From positions 88,587 through 152,586 of the forward strand of contig PLCF01000085.1 of the NCBI GenBank assembly GCA_003135555.1: a stretch of DNA of 64,000 bases, in the 5' to 3' direction. Position 1 is the first letter of the stretch, and each line of letters starts with the position of its first letter. The notes beneath the pieces were generated by a model that saw only the letters and a program-made list of their open reading frames with translations, ran no database searches and had not been told where the DNA came from. Source of the DNA: Vulcanimicrobiota bacterium (lineage in GTDB: Bacteria; Vulcanimicrobiota; Vulcanimicrobiia; Vulcanimicrobiales; Vulcanimicrobiaceae). This document shows, one piece after another, positions 1 to 9,123 of this stretch. The position numbers were made by a program, and so were the translations under genes.

Positions 1-318
1 TCGACGTTGGAACTCGCGCTGCGCTCGCATCTGAGCACCATCTTGCAAGTGCGGCCGCGCTTCAAGGAGTTCGTCGTCGGCTTCCCCGCCTTGATGCTGC
101 TGCCCGCGCTGGTCCCGGCCGATCGCGCGCGCTGGGGCTGGCTGTTCGCGCTGGCGATCGGCGTCGGCCTGGCCGACGTGGTCGACACGTTCTCGCACCT
201 GCACACGCACCTCTCGGTCTCGGTGCTGCGGCTGATCAACGGCGCCGTGATCGGCGTGATCGTCGGTGCGATCGCGATCGTGGCGTACCGCCGCTTCCGC
301 CGTGCCGAGCCCACGTGA
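1..318 (+). CDS. C-terminal part of membrane protein, DUF5693-like (truncated by window edge)
   Basis: Hydrophobic ORF with VRPRFKEF and TFSHLHT motifs; lies directly upstream of csaB, the usual context for this family. Confidence 0.7.
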   Translation, partial: STLELALRSHLSTILQVRPRFKEFVVGFPALMLLPALVPADRARWGWLFALAIGVGLADVVDTFSHLHTHLSVSVLRLINGAVIGVIVGAIAIVAYRRFRRAEPT

Positions 319-319
319 C

Positions 320-1435
320 TTGCGGTTCTTGATCAGCGGCTACTACGGCTTCGGAAATCTCGGTGACGAGGCGCTCTTGGAGGTGATCGTCGAGCGGCTG
401 CGAGCTCGCTGGCCCGCCGCTGCGGTCGACGTGCTCAGCGCCGATCCGGCGGGGACTGCGCGCAGCTACGGGGTGGAAGCGACCCCGCGCATGGATCTCG
501 GGCGCGTTCGCGCCGCGATTGGCCGCGCCGACGTCGTGCTCTCCGGCGGCGGCGGCCTGCTGCAGAACGTCACCAGTCTGGGGAGCCTGCTCTACTACGG
601 CGGCGTGATCCGCTCGGCGATCCGCGCGAGAAAACCCACCATGGTCTTCGCGCAATCGATCGGCCCGCTCGACTTTTGGGGCCGCGCCGTGGTGCGCACG
701 TTCTGCAAGGGGCTCAGCGCGGCGACGGTGCGCGACGAACGGTCGCGCGCGCTGCTCGGCGAGCTGCTTCCCGGGACACCGGTCGAGCGGACCGCCGATC
801 CCGTCTTTCTCATCGATCCGGCGCCCGAGCCGCTCGATCTGGCCAGCGAAGGCCTGGGCGATTCCGACGCGCCGCTGGTGGTCGTCGCGGTCCGCAAATG
901 GCAGGGCGCCGAAACGACCGCGCGTACGCTGGCGGCGGTCGTCGACCATCTGGCCGCCGTGCACGGCGCGCGCGTCGCCTTCCTCCCCTTCGGCGGCCCG
1001 CCCGACGCCGAGGTCGCTACCACGATCATCCGGCGCTGCGCCTCGACGCCGGTGCTGCTGCCGGACTACCCGCTCGCGCAAGCGGCCCAGGTCGTCGCGC
1101 GCGCCGCGCTGGTCGTCGGGATGCGACTGCACGCGCTGGTCCTCGCCGCGCGATTGGGCGTCCCCTTCCTCGCCATTTCGTACGATCCCAAAGTCTCGGC
1201 GCTGCTCGAAGACTTGCGCTACCCCGCCGGTCCGCTGTTCGTTCCGGGCCGGCCGCCTCCGGCCGCCGACGCGTTGCTGGGGCGCGTCGACGATGCTTGG
1301 CGGCGCCGCGACGAGCTGGCCGCGCATTTGCGCAGCGTCCGCCCCGAAATCGAGCGGCTCGCCGAGCGCAACTTCGACGTGCTTGGCGAACTTGTGACAC
1401 GCACGACACGCGAGGCGGCGGGAACCGAGGGCTGA
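320..1435 (+). CDS. csaB: Polysaccharide pyruvyl transferase CsaB
   Basis: ISGYYGFGNLGDEA N-terminus, LSGGGGLLQ, VGMRLHALV and ISYDPKV motifs; TTG start at 320 chosen. Confidence 0.9.
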   Translation: MRFLISGYYGFGNLGDEALLEVIVERLRARWPAAAVDVLSADPAGTARSYGVEATPRMDLGRVRAAIGRADVVLSGGGGLLQNVTSLGSLLYYGGVIRSAIRARKPTMVFAQSIGPLDFWGRAVVRTFCKGLSAATVRDERSRALLGELLPGTPVERTADPVFLIDPAPEPLDLASEGLGDSDAPLVVVAVRKWQGAETTARTLAAVVDHLAAVHGARVAFLPFGGPPDAEVATTIIRRCASTPVLLPDYPLAQAAQVVARAALVVGMRLHALVLAARLGVPFLAISYDPKVSALLEDLRYPAGPLFVPGRPPPAADALLGRVDDAWRRRDELAAHLRSVRPEIERLAERNFDVLGELVTRTTREAAGTEG

Positions 1436-1455
1436 CGCGCGAAGCGGCTGCGACT

Positions 1456-2214
1456 GTGGCGCGGCAGACTCTGACCCTGGGTCGTCTGTTCGATGTCCGC
1501 GTAGGCGTGCACGTTTCGTGGCTCGCCGTGTACGCGTTCATGACGTTCGCGCTGGCGCGTGGCCTGGGCATGCTGCCGCAGCCCGCCGCGTACACCTTCG
1601 CGGCGATCTGCGCCCTGGCGCTCTTCGGCAGCGTGGTCGCGCACGAGCTCGCGCACGCACTCGTCGCGCGCCGCTTCGGGGTGCGCACCAATGCGATCAC
1701 GCTGTTCCTGTTGGGCGGCGTCGCCACGCTCGAAGAAGAGCCGGCCTCGCCGCGGGCCGACGCGCTCATCGCACTGGCCGGACCGGCGCTCAGCGCGGCG
1801 ATCGCGATCCTCGCGCTGGGCCTGCTCTACGCGCTCGACCGGTTCGCTCCCGGCGGCTCGCTGCGCACCGCGCTGGGCACGCTCGACACCTACGTCGTCA
1901 TCGCCAACGCCGTGTTGGCGGTGTTCAACCTCGTCCCGGCCTACCCCATGGACGGCGGCCGCGTATTGCGCGCGATCCTGTGGCGCGGCTCGGGCGATCG
2001 GGATGCGGCGACCACCACCGCCGCGCGCGTGGGCATCGCGTTCGCGCTGCTGATCGTCTCCGCCGGCGTCTTGGTCGCCGCCGCGACGCACAGCCTCGTC
2101 TACGGCTGGTACGTTCTGCTCGGCGTCTTTCTGTTGCGCCATGGTTGGGCGCAGGAGCGAGCCGCGCGCACCTCGGGGCGCCGCAGCGACGCCGACGTCC
2201 CCGCCGCGGCGTAG
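1456..2214 (+). CDS. Site-2 protease (M50 zinc metallopeptidase, SpoIVFB-like)
   Basis: HELAH zinc motif and FNLVPAYPMDGGR motif in a multi-TM protein; GTG start at 1456. Confidence 0.9.
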   Translation: MARQTLTLGRLFDVRVGVHVSWLAVYAFMTFALARGLGMLPQPAAYTFAAICALALFGSVVAHELAHALVARRFGVRTNAITLFLLGGVATLEEEPASPRADALIALAGPALSAAIAILALGLLYALDRFAPGGSLRTALGTLDTYVVIANAVLAVFNLVPAYPMDGGRVLRAILWRGSGDRDAATTTAARVGIAFALLIVSAGVLVAAATHSLVYGWYVLLGVFLLRHGWAQERAARTSGRRSDADVPAAA

Positions 2215-2224
2215 GCGGCAGCCC

Positions 2225-2677
2225 GTGGTCCGCTCGCTCGTGAATCGATGCGTCCTCGGCGCCGCGCTCGGCGCCCTCGTCCTCGCCGCGCCGGTGGCGG
2301 CGCGCGCGGCGATCGACCCGTGCTCGCTCATCCCGACGGCGCAGGTTCGAGCGATGACCGGCGGCACGGGCAAGGGGAGTTGGCATCACGCCGTCGGTCA
2401 CGGCCGCTACGCGCAGGAGACCTGCCACTACGACGGACCGCTCAAGCGCGCCGTGCTCGTCGCCGTGCATCTCGACGCGCGGCCGTTCGCCACGGTGAAG
2501 TCGATGACCAAGCCGCTCCCCGGCGTCGGCGCCGACGCGATCTACATGGCCGGCCCGACGAGCGTGATCGCGTTCGTGAAGCACGGGCACTACGTCTCGA
2601 TGAGCTGGAACGCCGATCCCGGCAAACCGTCGCCGCAGTTTCTCGCGGCCGCGAAGGCGGCAGCCGCGAAACTCTAG
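2225..2677 (+). CDS. Secreted hypothetical protein, DUF3558-like
   Basis: Signal peptide ending AARA, then DPCSLI...TCHY...LPGVGADA pattern; start uncertain (GTG 2225 or 2240). Confidence 0.55.
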   Translation: MVRSLVNRCVLGAALGALVLAAPVAARAAIDPCSLIPTAQVRAMTGGTGKGSWHHAVGHGRYAQETCHYDGPLKRAVLVAVHLDARPFATVKSMTKPLPGVGADAIYMAGPTSVIAFVKHGHYVSMSWNADPGKPSPQFLAAAKAAAAKL

Positions 2678-2778
2678 TCCCGCGGGGTTGTGACCTCGGC
2701 GCCGACGATAGCCGAATATGGGAATAGGCGACAATCGCTTAGTGCGGCTTTGCCCGGATCGAGACACTGCTGATTGTC

Positions 2779-3117
2779 GTGGACCTGACCGTTGCAGGTG
2801 GCACGAAGTCCGGAGGCTGCACGCATGCGAAGACCCAGGCTCTAGGCCGTGCCAAAGCCGATTTAGGAAAGGGTCGCATCTCCCATCACGATGGCGCGAT
2901 GTTGACCGGGATCGTTATCGTCGCTGAGGTGCCGTCGCTGCGACTTGCGACCAGTGAAGTCTGCAAGGTCGCTTGGCCGACCGGGACGGTCCAATCCCTT
3001 CGGGGGACCTATCTAGCCACTGAGTCGAAACCACTTCAAGCGGACAATTTGGTGAACAAGTCTCGCGCTAAGTATATGAAAAAACTCTGGCACTTGTGGC
3101 CGGATCATCGGATTTAG
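2779..3117 (+). CDS. Hypothetical ORF or degraded gene remnant in lower-GC islet
   Basis: 112-aa ORF with no recognisable motif; atypical composition. Confidence 0.25.
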   Translation: MDLTVAGGTKSGGCTHAKTQALGRAKADLGKGRISHHDGAMLTGIVIVAEVPSLRLATSEVCKVAWPTGTVQSLRGTYLATESKPLQADNLVNKSRAKYMKKLWHLWPDHRI

Positions 3118-3160
3118 TGACAGCACCCGCTTGTCGGCCCCGTTGAGCAGGAGGTGCCTA

Positions 3161-3616
3161 ATGTCTGACGAGAGCTATCCCTTCATCGAGCGAGTGCTCG
3201 AGCACTGGAGGGCTCGTAGGGTGCCCTACCTTCCCGGAGTCGCCAAAGAGCAATTGCAGACGTTTGAGCGAGAGAAGAATCTGCGCTTGCCGGTTGAACT
3301 ACGTGCTTTCTATTTGGCAACAAACGGTGTTCGAGTGCCGGGAACCATGGAGGTCGACGACAAGAACTACGACTTCTGGCCACTCGAAAAGCTCCAAGTC
3401 GTCGAGGGAGAGCCATCAAAGCTCTACTTCGCGGACTTTCAACAGTCAACTTGGACATTTGCGATCGAACTCGAGGGCAATGAGACCGCTAATCCAGGTG
3501 CGGTGTACGTCGCTGACGCTAGGTTCATACCTATTGCGGATTCGTTCGCTGAGTTCATGAATCTATACATTGCGGACGACCCGTTGATCTATCCAATTAC
3601 CTGGAAGGCGCAGTAA
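3161..3616 (+). CDS. SMI1/KNR4 (SUKH) family protein, likely immunity protein
   Basis: PGVAKEQLQTFEREKNLRLPVELRAFYLATNG and IADSFAEFM motifs; strong AGGAGG RBS before ATG 3161. Confidence 0.85.
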   Translation: MSDESYPFIERVLEHWRARRVPYLPGVAKEQLQTFEREKNLRLPVELRAFYLATNGVRVPGTMEVDDKNYDFWPLEKLQVVEGEPSKLYFADFQQSTWTFAIELEGNETANPGAVYVADARFIPIADSFAEFMNLYIADDPLIYPITWKAQ

Positions 3617-3746
3617 CGGTGCACCTTCGGGCCGGGGGAGTTTCGCCACAAATCAGCCCTCTCTAGCGAGATCACTTGGCTGAACCAAAGCGTCGTCGCG
3701 GCCACGTTACACTTAACTGCGATCAGGTCATTAAAATGGCGTTGGA

Positions 3747-3770
3747 AGAGGCCGGCCTGGGCCGGCTTCT
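3747..3770. terminator. GC-rich hairpin downstream of the SMI1/KNR4 gene
   Basis: AGAGGCCGGC-CTGG-GCCGGCTTCT, ~10-bp stem with one G-U pair; no clear U tract. Confidence 0.4.
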
Positions 3771-3865
3771 TGGAGTCCCCGCGATAGACGCCCATAACCA
3801 CATGGATCAACCGGCCGCTGGGAAGGACGCGCAACCAAAGTAGATATGGCCGCATCGAGCACCCT

Positions 3866-4258
3866 ATGCACCGCCTAGGCTTGGCCCTCCTCGCAGACGT
3901 AAGTCTCGCTGCCGTGCTCTCCGCAGCGCAATTCATGATCTTATTTCAGATACAATTGGCATTCACAGCGGATCATGCCCTGCTCTATTTCGGCTCGCCG
4001 TTGGGTTTACTGCTGGGCCCTGCTTTGTACGTATTATGCCGACGAGGCAAGAAATCAAAACACCGTTTGATCCTTGACGTCGTCGTGGCTGCGGCGGTTC
4101 TGCTGCTATTAAGCGCAATGATTTTGAGCATCGGCCAAGGGATACCGAGTTTTTTCGAGGTGCTCACCTGGCTCGTCCTTCTCAGCCCGGCAGTGCTCGA
4201 GGCCGTGGGGCTAATTGTTTTGGAATGGCTGATTCGGAAGGGGCGTTCGGGTACCTGA
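3866..4258 (+). CDS. Hypothetical 4-TM membrane protein
   Basis: 130 aa with four hydrophobic segments and a basic loop (RRGKKSKHR); lower GC. Confidence 0.6.
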   Translation: MHRLGLALLADVSLAAVLSAAQFMILFQIQLAFTADHALLYFGSPLGLLLGPALYVLCRRGKKSKHRLILDVVVAAAVLLLLSAMILSIGQGIPSFFEVLTWLVLLSPAVLEAVGLIVLEWLIRKGRSGT

Positions 4259-4493
4259 AAGAGCGCGAGCGCCGTCGGCAGCTACGAACCGCTCGACGTG
4301 CTTGCGCATCGCTGAACCTTGGCACGATACGCGGAGAGGTCGCTCGCGTCAGCCTGTGGAGCGGAAGGCTCTGGCGATCGTCGCAGACGGCCGTGAAACC
4401 AGCCGCATAGAAGCAGGAACGGTGGCCAGGACGAGATGCCCATGCAATCAGAACAGGAGCATGTGACGGTCGCGCCCGAACGTGGGCCGTTCC

Positions 4494-7298
4494 ATGTCCG
4501 TGCCGCCCGAACGCGATTATCGCTGGTCCTTGAACCTGCCCAAGACCGAGTTTCCGATGCGGGCCGAGCTCCCCAAGCGGGAGCCGGCTCGCGTGCAGTG
4601 GTGGGCCGAACGCCACACCTACCTGCGCCGGCTCGAGCAGAACCGGCGCCGCGGCGGTGCGCCCTTCGTGCTGCATGACGGCCCGCCCTATGCCAACGGC
4701 GAGCTGCACATGGGACATTTTCTCAACCGCGTGCTCAAGGACGCGCTCGTCAAGATCCATCTGCTCGACGGCGAGTACGCCGACTTCGTCCCGGGCTGGG
4801 ACATGCACGGGCTGCCGATCGAGCGCGAGACGCTGGCGCACCTCAAGCTCGACTTCCGCCAAGCCGATCCGCTGACGCTGCGCCGCGCGTGCCGTGAGCG
4901 CGCGTTGTACTGGCTGAACCTCCAGCGCGAGCAGATGTTCCGCATGGGCGTCGGCTTCGGGCGCTACGACGATCCGTACATGACGATCGCACCGCAGTTC
5001 GAAGCCGCGATCGTCGAGACGCTGGCCGATCTCGCCGAGAAGGACTACCTCTACAAAGGGCTGCGCTCGACGCTGTGGTGCGTCTACGACGAGACCGCGC
5101 TGGCCGAGGCGGAGATCGAGTACAAGAACCACACCTCACCCTCGATCTACGTCCGCTTTCGCGCCGGCGACGCGCATCGGCACGCCTTGCTGAGCGCGTT
5201 CGGGCTCGACGACGACGGGACGCCGCTCTCGATCGCGATCTGGACCACCACGCCGTGGACGCTGCCCGCCAACGTCGCGATCGCGCTGCTGCCCGGCGCA
5301 ACGTACGGCCTCTATCGCGTCGGCGACGAAGACGTGATCGTCGCCGAGAAGCTGGCCTCCGACGTGCTCGCGCGTTTCGGCGCAGGCCCCGGCGTGCTGC
5401 GCGCCGAGACCGACGCGGCGGCGCTCGAGCGGCTCGCCGTGCGTCACCCGTTCCTGGACCGCGATGCGCTCGTCGTGCTCGCCGAGTACGTCGAGCTCGA
5501 GACCGGGACCGGCGCCGTGCACACCGCGCCCGGCCACGGTGCCGACGACTTCGAGACCGGCGTGCGCTACGAGTTGCCGATCATCAATCCCGTCGATGCC
5601 GGCGGGCGGTTCACCGCCGAGGCGGGGCCCTACGCCGGACTGCACATCTTCGAGGCCAACGCGCGCATCGTCGACGACCTGCGCGCTTCCGGAGCGCTTA
5701 TCGCCGGCGAGTCCTACGAGCATAGCTATCCGCACTGCTGGCGCTGCAAGAACCCGGTCATTTTCCGCGCCACCTCGCAGTGGTTCATCGGGATGGACCG
5801 CCGGGAGCTGCGCGAGCGCGCCGAGCAGGCCGTTCACACGGTCCGCTGGTCGCCCGCGTGGGGCGAGACGCGGATGTCGCAGATGGTCGGCAACCATCCG
5901 GAGTGGTGCGTCTCGCGCCAGCGGGTGTGGGGAACACCGATCCCGTCGGTCGTTTGCACGGCGTGCAACGAGTCGCTGCTCGATCCGCAGCTCGCGCGCA
6001 GCTTCGCGACGGCGATGCGCGCCCGCTCGTTCGACGAAGGCAACGCGTCGGATCTTTGGTGGACGCAGCCTTGGGAACGCTTCGCACCCCCCGGCCTGGC
6101 CTGTCCCGGTTGCGGCGCTACGGCGTTCGCCAAAGAGTTCAACATCGTCGACATCTGGTTCGAGTCGGGCGTGACGTGGCGCGCCGTGCTCGTCGAGCGC
6201 GGCATGAAATTCCCCGCCGACGCCTACCTCGAGGGCGCCGACCAATACCGGGGCTGGTTTCGCTCGAACCTTATCACCGCGGTCGCGACCCGCGATACCG
6301 CGCCCTACGAGAAGGTCATCTCGTACGGGTGGGTCGTCGACGAGCACGGCCGCGCGATGCACAAGTCGACCGGCAACTACCTCGCCGCCGACGAAGCGAT
6401 GACCAAGTACGGCGCCGACTTGCTGCGGCTGTGGACCGCCTCGACCGACGTCTCGGTCGGCGACGTGCGCTTGGGTGCGACGTTGCTCGACAACGTCGCC
6501 AACGTCTACCGCAACCTGCGCAACCGGCTGCGCTTTCTGCTGGGCCTCGTCGCGGACCTCACGCCCGCGACGCGCGTCGCCCGCGCGAAGATGGAGCCGC
6601 TGGACCGGCTCGCGCTCGCCGCGTTCGACGCGTTCGCCGCCGAGGTCATGGCCCACTATCGGGGCTTCCGCCTGCACGACGCCTACCTGGCGATCCAGCG
6701 CTTCGACAAAGAGGATCTCTCCGCGTTCTATGGCGACGCGCTCAAGGACCGGCTCTACTCGTCGAGCCGCGACGCGGCGCGCCGGCGCAGCGGGCAGTCG
6801 GCGCTCTTCGAGATCTTCCGCACGACCTGCGCGCTGCTGGCGCCGATCCTGTCGTTCACCGCGGAGGAGGCGTGGCAGCACCTTTCCGAGGACCTGCGCG
6901 GCGCCGACGAATCGGTGTTCGACCTCTCCTTCCCGCACGTCGACGCGGTCGACGCGGAGTCGCTCGCGGTGTGGAGTGCGCTCAAAGAGCTGCGGGCGCA
7001 GGTCGCGGCGAGCGAAGGCGTGCGCGACTTCGCGCTCGACGCGCACATCGAGGTCGCGCCGCCGTTGTACGACCGGTTCGTCGGACTGGGCGACAACCTG
7101 CGCGAGGCGCTGGTGGTCTCCGCGGTCCGCGGCCTGGGCGCCTCGGCCGACGGTGCGTCACGCGTCGCGCTCTTCCCCGCGGCGGGCGAGAAGTGTCAGC
7201 GCTGCTGGAAGTATCTCCCGCTGGGGCTCGATCGCGAGCACCCCGCGCTGTGCGCGCCCTGCGCCGCCATCGTGCGCGAGCTGCGCCCGAACGGATAG
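4494..7298 (+). CDS. ileS: Isoleucine--tRNA ligase (type 1, with C-terminal zinc finger)
   Basis: LHDGPPYANG-HMGH, GWDMHGLPIE, WTTTPWT, GTGAVHTAPGHG, SRQRVWG, AMHKS (KMSKS variant), CQRC..CAPC. Confidence 0.97.
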   Translation: MSVPPERDYRWSLNLPKTEFPMRAELPKREPARVQWWAERHTYLRRLEQNRRRGGAPFVLHDGPPYANGELHMGHFLNRVLKDALVKIHLLDGEYADFVPGWDMHGLPIERETLAHLKLDFRQADPLTLRRACRERALYWLNLQREQMFRMGVGFGRYDDPYMTIAPQFEAAIVETLADLAEKDYLYKGLRSTLWCVYDETALAEAEIEYKNHTSPSIYVRFRAGDAHRHALLSAFGLDDDGTPLSIAIWTTTPWTLPANVAIALLPGATYGLYRVGDEDVIVAEKLASDVLARFGAGPGVLRAETDAAALERLAVRHPFLDRDALVVLAEYVELETGTGAVHTAPGHGADDFETGVRYELPIINPVDAGGRFTAEAGPYAGLHIFEANARIVDDLRASGALIAGESYEHSYPHCWRCKNPVIFRATSQWFIGMDRRELRERAEQAVHTVRWSPAWGETRMSQMVGNHPEWCVSRQRVWGTPIPSVVCTACNESLLDPQLARSFATAMRARSFDEGNASDLWWTQPWERFAPPGLACPGCGATAFAKEFNIVDIWFESGVTWRAVLVERGMKFPADAYLEGADQYRGWFRSNLITAVATRDTAPYEKVISYGWVVDEHGRAMHKSTGNYLAADEAMTKYGADLLRLWTASTDVSVGDVRLGATLLDNVANVYRNLRNRLRFLLGLVADLTPATRVARAKMEPLDRLALAAFDAFAAEVMAHYRGFRLHDAYLAIQRFDKEDLSAFYGDALKDRLYSSSRDAARRRSGQSALFEIFRTTCALLAPILSFTAEEAWQHLSEDLRGADESVFDLSFPHVDAVDAESLAVWSALKELRAQVAASEGVRDFALDAHIEVAPPLYDRFVGLGDNLREALVVSAVRGLGASADGASRVALFPAAGEKCQRCWKYLPLGLDREHPALCAPCAAIVRELRPNG

Positions 7299-7358
7299 TT
7301 CCCGGCGCGTCCGCCCCTGTGACACGCACGTGGCACACCGAACCCGTACGCTCGTGGG

Positions 7359-7589
7359 GTGGCATATCCGTTACCGGCCGGCATCTCGGGGCTGGTGGAC
7401 CCCGATGACGAGCCCTACATCGCGATCCTCGAGGAATGCGCCGCGATGCGCCGGCGGCTCGGTTTTCCCAGCTACAGCCGGGCCGACATCGAGCGGCTCT
7501 TCGCGGTGAAGGACACGCCGGCACCGGACGATCCGCTCCCGCCCAAGGTGCGGCGACTCGCCCCGCGGCGGCGCCGTCCCAGCGACTGA
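7359..7589 (+). CDS. Small hypothetical protein (76 aa), probably leaderless
   Basis: GC3-biased codons; TACGCT -10-like hexamer (7347-7352) 6 nt before the GTG. Confidence 0.55.
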   Translation: MAYPLPAGISGLVDPDDEPYIAILEECAAMRRRLGFPSYSRADIERLFAVKDTPAPDDPLPPKVRRLAPRRRRPSD

Positions 7590-7667
7590 GTGCGTTCCTT
7601 TCGGCCATGGTTCGCGCATAGCGCGGTGCCGCGAGGTAGGCGCTAGGCTTCACGCGTACGCATTATC

Positions 7668-8306
7668 ATGGCTCTACGCGGAGCGGGTTGTCGCGCAGGA
7701 GGGTCAAACGTGCCGTCGGCATCCGCGCCGACCACCGCAGTGGCATTTTTCGATGCGCTGGCATCGTTAGAACGGTACCGCGAGCGCTTCGCAGCGGCCA
7801 TCGAGGACGCGCTGCGCCTGGCGCGGACCGGCGAGGTCTCGGACTGCCGCAATGCCTTGATCGTTCTCGCCGACGCGTGCGGCAGGTCCGACGCCGAACG
7901 CGCGCTGTGCCGGGCGCTGCTTGCGCTGACCTCGCTCGCGCTCGGCGACGACCACGCGGCGCGACGGTACGGCCGCCAGGCGACCGCGGCCTGCGCTCGG
8001 CGCCGCAGACGGATGCCGGAGTACGAGCTGCGCCACCTACGCTTGGCGCGCGCGCTGTTGGCGATGCTGGCGCGCGAACGTCGCGCGCTGCGGTCGCCGG
8101 GCGGACCGCTCACGGCGACCGAGATCGAGATCTTGAAGCTCGTCTCCGACGGGCGCAACGCGCCTGAGATCGCGACGATCACCGGACGCAGTCCACACAC
8201 CGTCAGAACGCACATCCGCAACGCCGGCGGCAAGCTCGAAGCCCGCGGCCGGGCCGGCATGGTGACGCGCGCACGGCAGTTGGGGTTGTTGCCGGTCAGA
8301 GCTTGA
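7668..8306 (+). CDS. LuxR-type HTH transcriptional regulator with short helical N-terminal domain
   Basis: C-terminal LTATEIEILKLVSDGRNAPEIATITGRSPHTVRTHIRNAGGKL; start uncertain. Confidence 0.85.
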   Translation: MALRGAGCRAGGSNVPSASAPTTAVAFFDALASLERYRERFAAAIEDALRLARTGEVSDCRNALIVLADACGRSDAERALCRALLALTSLALGDDHAARRYGRQATAACARRRRRMPEYELRHLRLARALLAMLARERRALRSPGGPLTATEIEILKLVSDGRNAPEIATITGRSPHTVRTHIRNAGGKLEARGRAGMVTRARQLGLLPVRA

Positions 8307-9123
8307 GGCGGTAGCCGATCACCGGCGCGAACCCGACGTTGCGATCGGCGAGCTGACCCGGGAAGTCGTCGTAGTGCGCGACGTAGTTCAAGTAGCGCAA
8401 ACCGTAGAGCAGCTCACCGCGCTTGGACAGGCGATGGCCGACGCGTATCGAGAGATCGACTTGCGACGCGTTTTCCGGGTCGGAATACGTGTTCTCGACC
8501 TGGGTGCAACCCGGGCCGGGCGGCGGGCCCGCGCCTGGCGAGCAGCGGAAATTGAAGGTCGGGATGCGCGTGAACTGCGTGCCGCGCATGCGCGGGTCCG
8601 CCGCCGCCCACATCTCGATCCGGTCCCGTCCCGACGCCAGCACGCGGCCGGCTTCGAGACGCATCCCGGTGACGCGCGAGTACTGCGCCTCGGAGCCGTT
8701 GATGGGAACGACGTCGGGACCGCGCGTGTAGAAAAACGAGCCGTTGACGGACCGATAGATCGTGATCTGGTTGTAGACCGTTTGCCCGATCCCGGCGAAC
8801 CAGCCGCCGCCGAACGTCTGCCGATAGGTGGCGTTGAGGATGCCCAGGCGCGTCGAAATTGCGCCGGTTCCGGCGGTGTTGTAGCCGAAGGTTACCGGCG
8901 GCAGGCCTTCGATCCGAATGCTGCTGCGTTTCATGGCGACCGTGAGCTCGGCCAGCGGTACGGGCGCGAAGACGAGCTTGTCGACGTGTGCGCCGTTGAC
9001 TTCGTGATGGCCGGTGAGTGGGTTCACGGTGAGCGCGAAGGTCGTCTGCACCGGATCGGCGCACGCGCTCGCACTCGTCCACGCAAACAGCAGCGCCGTC
9101 GCGCAGACCGACCCAAGCCTCAC
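8296..9123 (-). CDS. Secreted beta-rich protein, probable outer-membrane beta-barrel
   Basis: Signal peptide, alternating amphipathic beta-strands, C-terminal strand FAPVIGYRLKL; GTGA overlap with tgt. Confidence 0.6.
   Translation of the reverse strand: MRLGSVCATALLFAWTSASACADPVQTTFALTVNPLTGHHEVNGAHVDKLVFAPVPLAELTVAMKRSSIRIEGLPPVTFGYNTAGTGAISTRLGILNATYRQTFGGGWFAGIGQTVYNQITIYRSVNGSFFYTRGPDVVPINGSEAQYSRVTGMRLEAGRVLASGRDRIEMWAAADPRMRGTQFTRIPTFNFRCSPGAGPPPGPGCTQVENTYSDPENASQVDLSIRVGHRLSKRGELLYGLRYLNYVAHYDDFPGQLADRNVGFAPVIGYRLKL

Noticed and set aside
2875..2910. HHDG in ORF 2779-3117 as a WHH/HNH nuclease toxin motif
   Set aside because: Lacks the Trp and the downstream His/Gly residues; not supportable
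3644..3661. CGCCACAAATC and ATCAGCCCTC words shared with 21079-21139
   Set aside because: Only 10-11 bp matches in mixed orientation; could be chance in 64 kb
3614..3800. Integron attC-like site after the SMI1/KNR4 gene
   Set aside because: No matching RYYYAAC/GTTRRRY pair with a long imperfect palindrome, and no integrase in the window
4259..4493. Possible T-box riboswitch upstream of ileS
   Set aside because: No GGTGGTACCGCG-like T-box sequence or terminator recognisable
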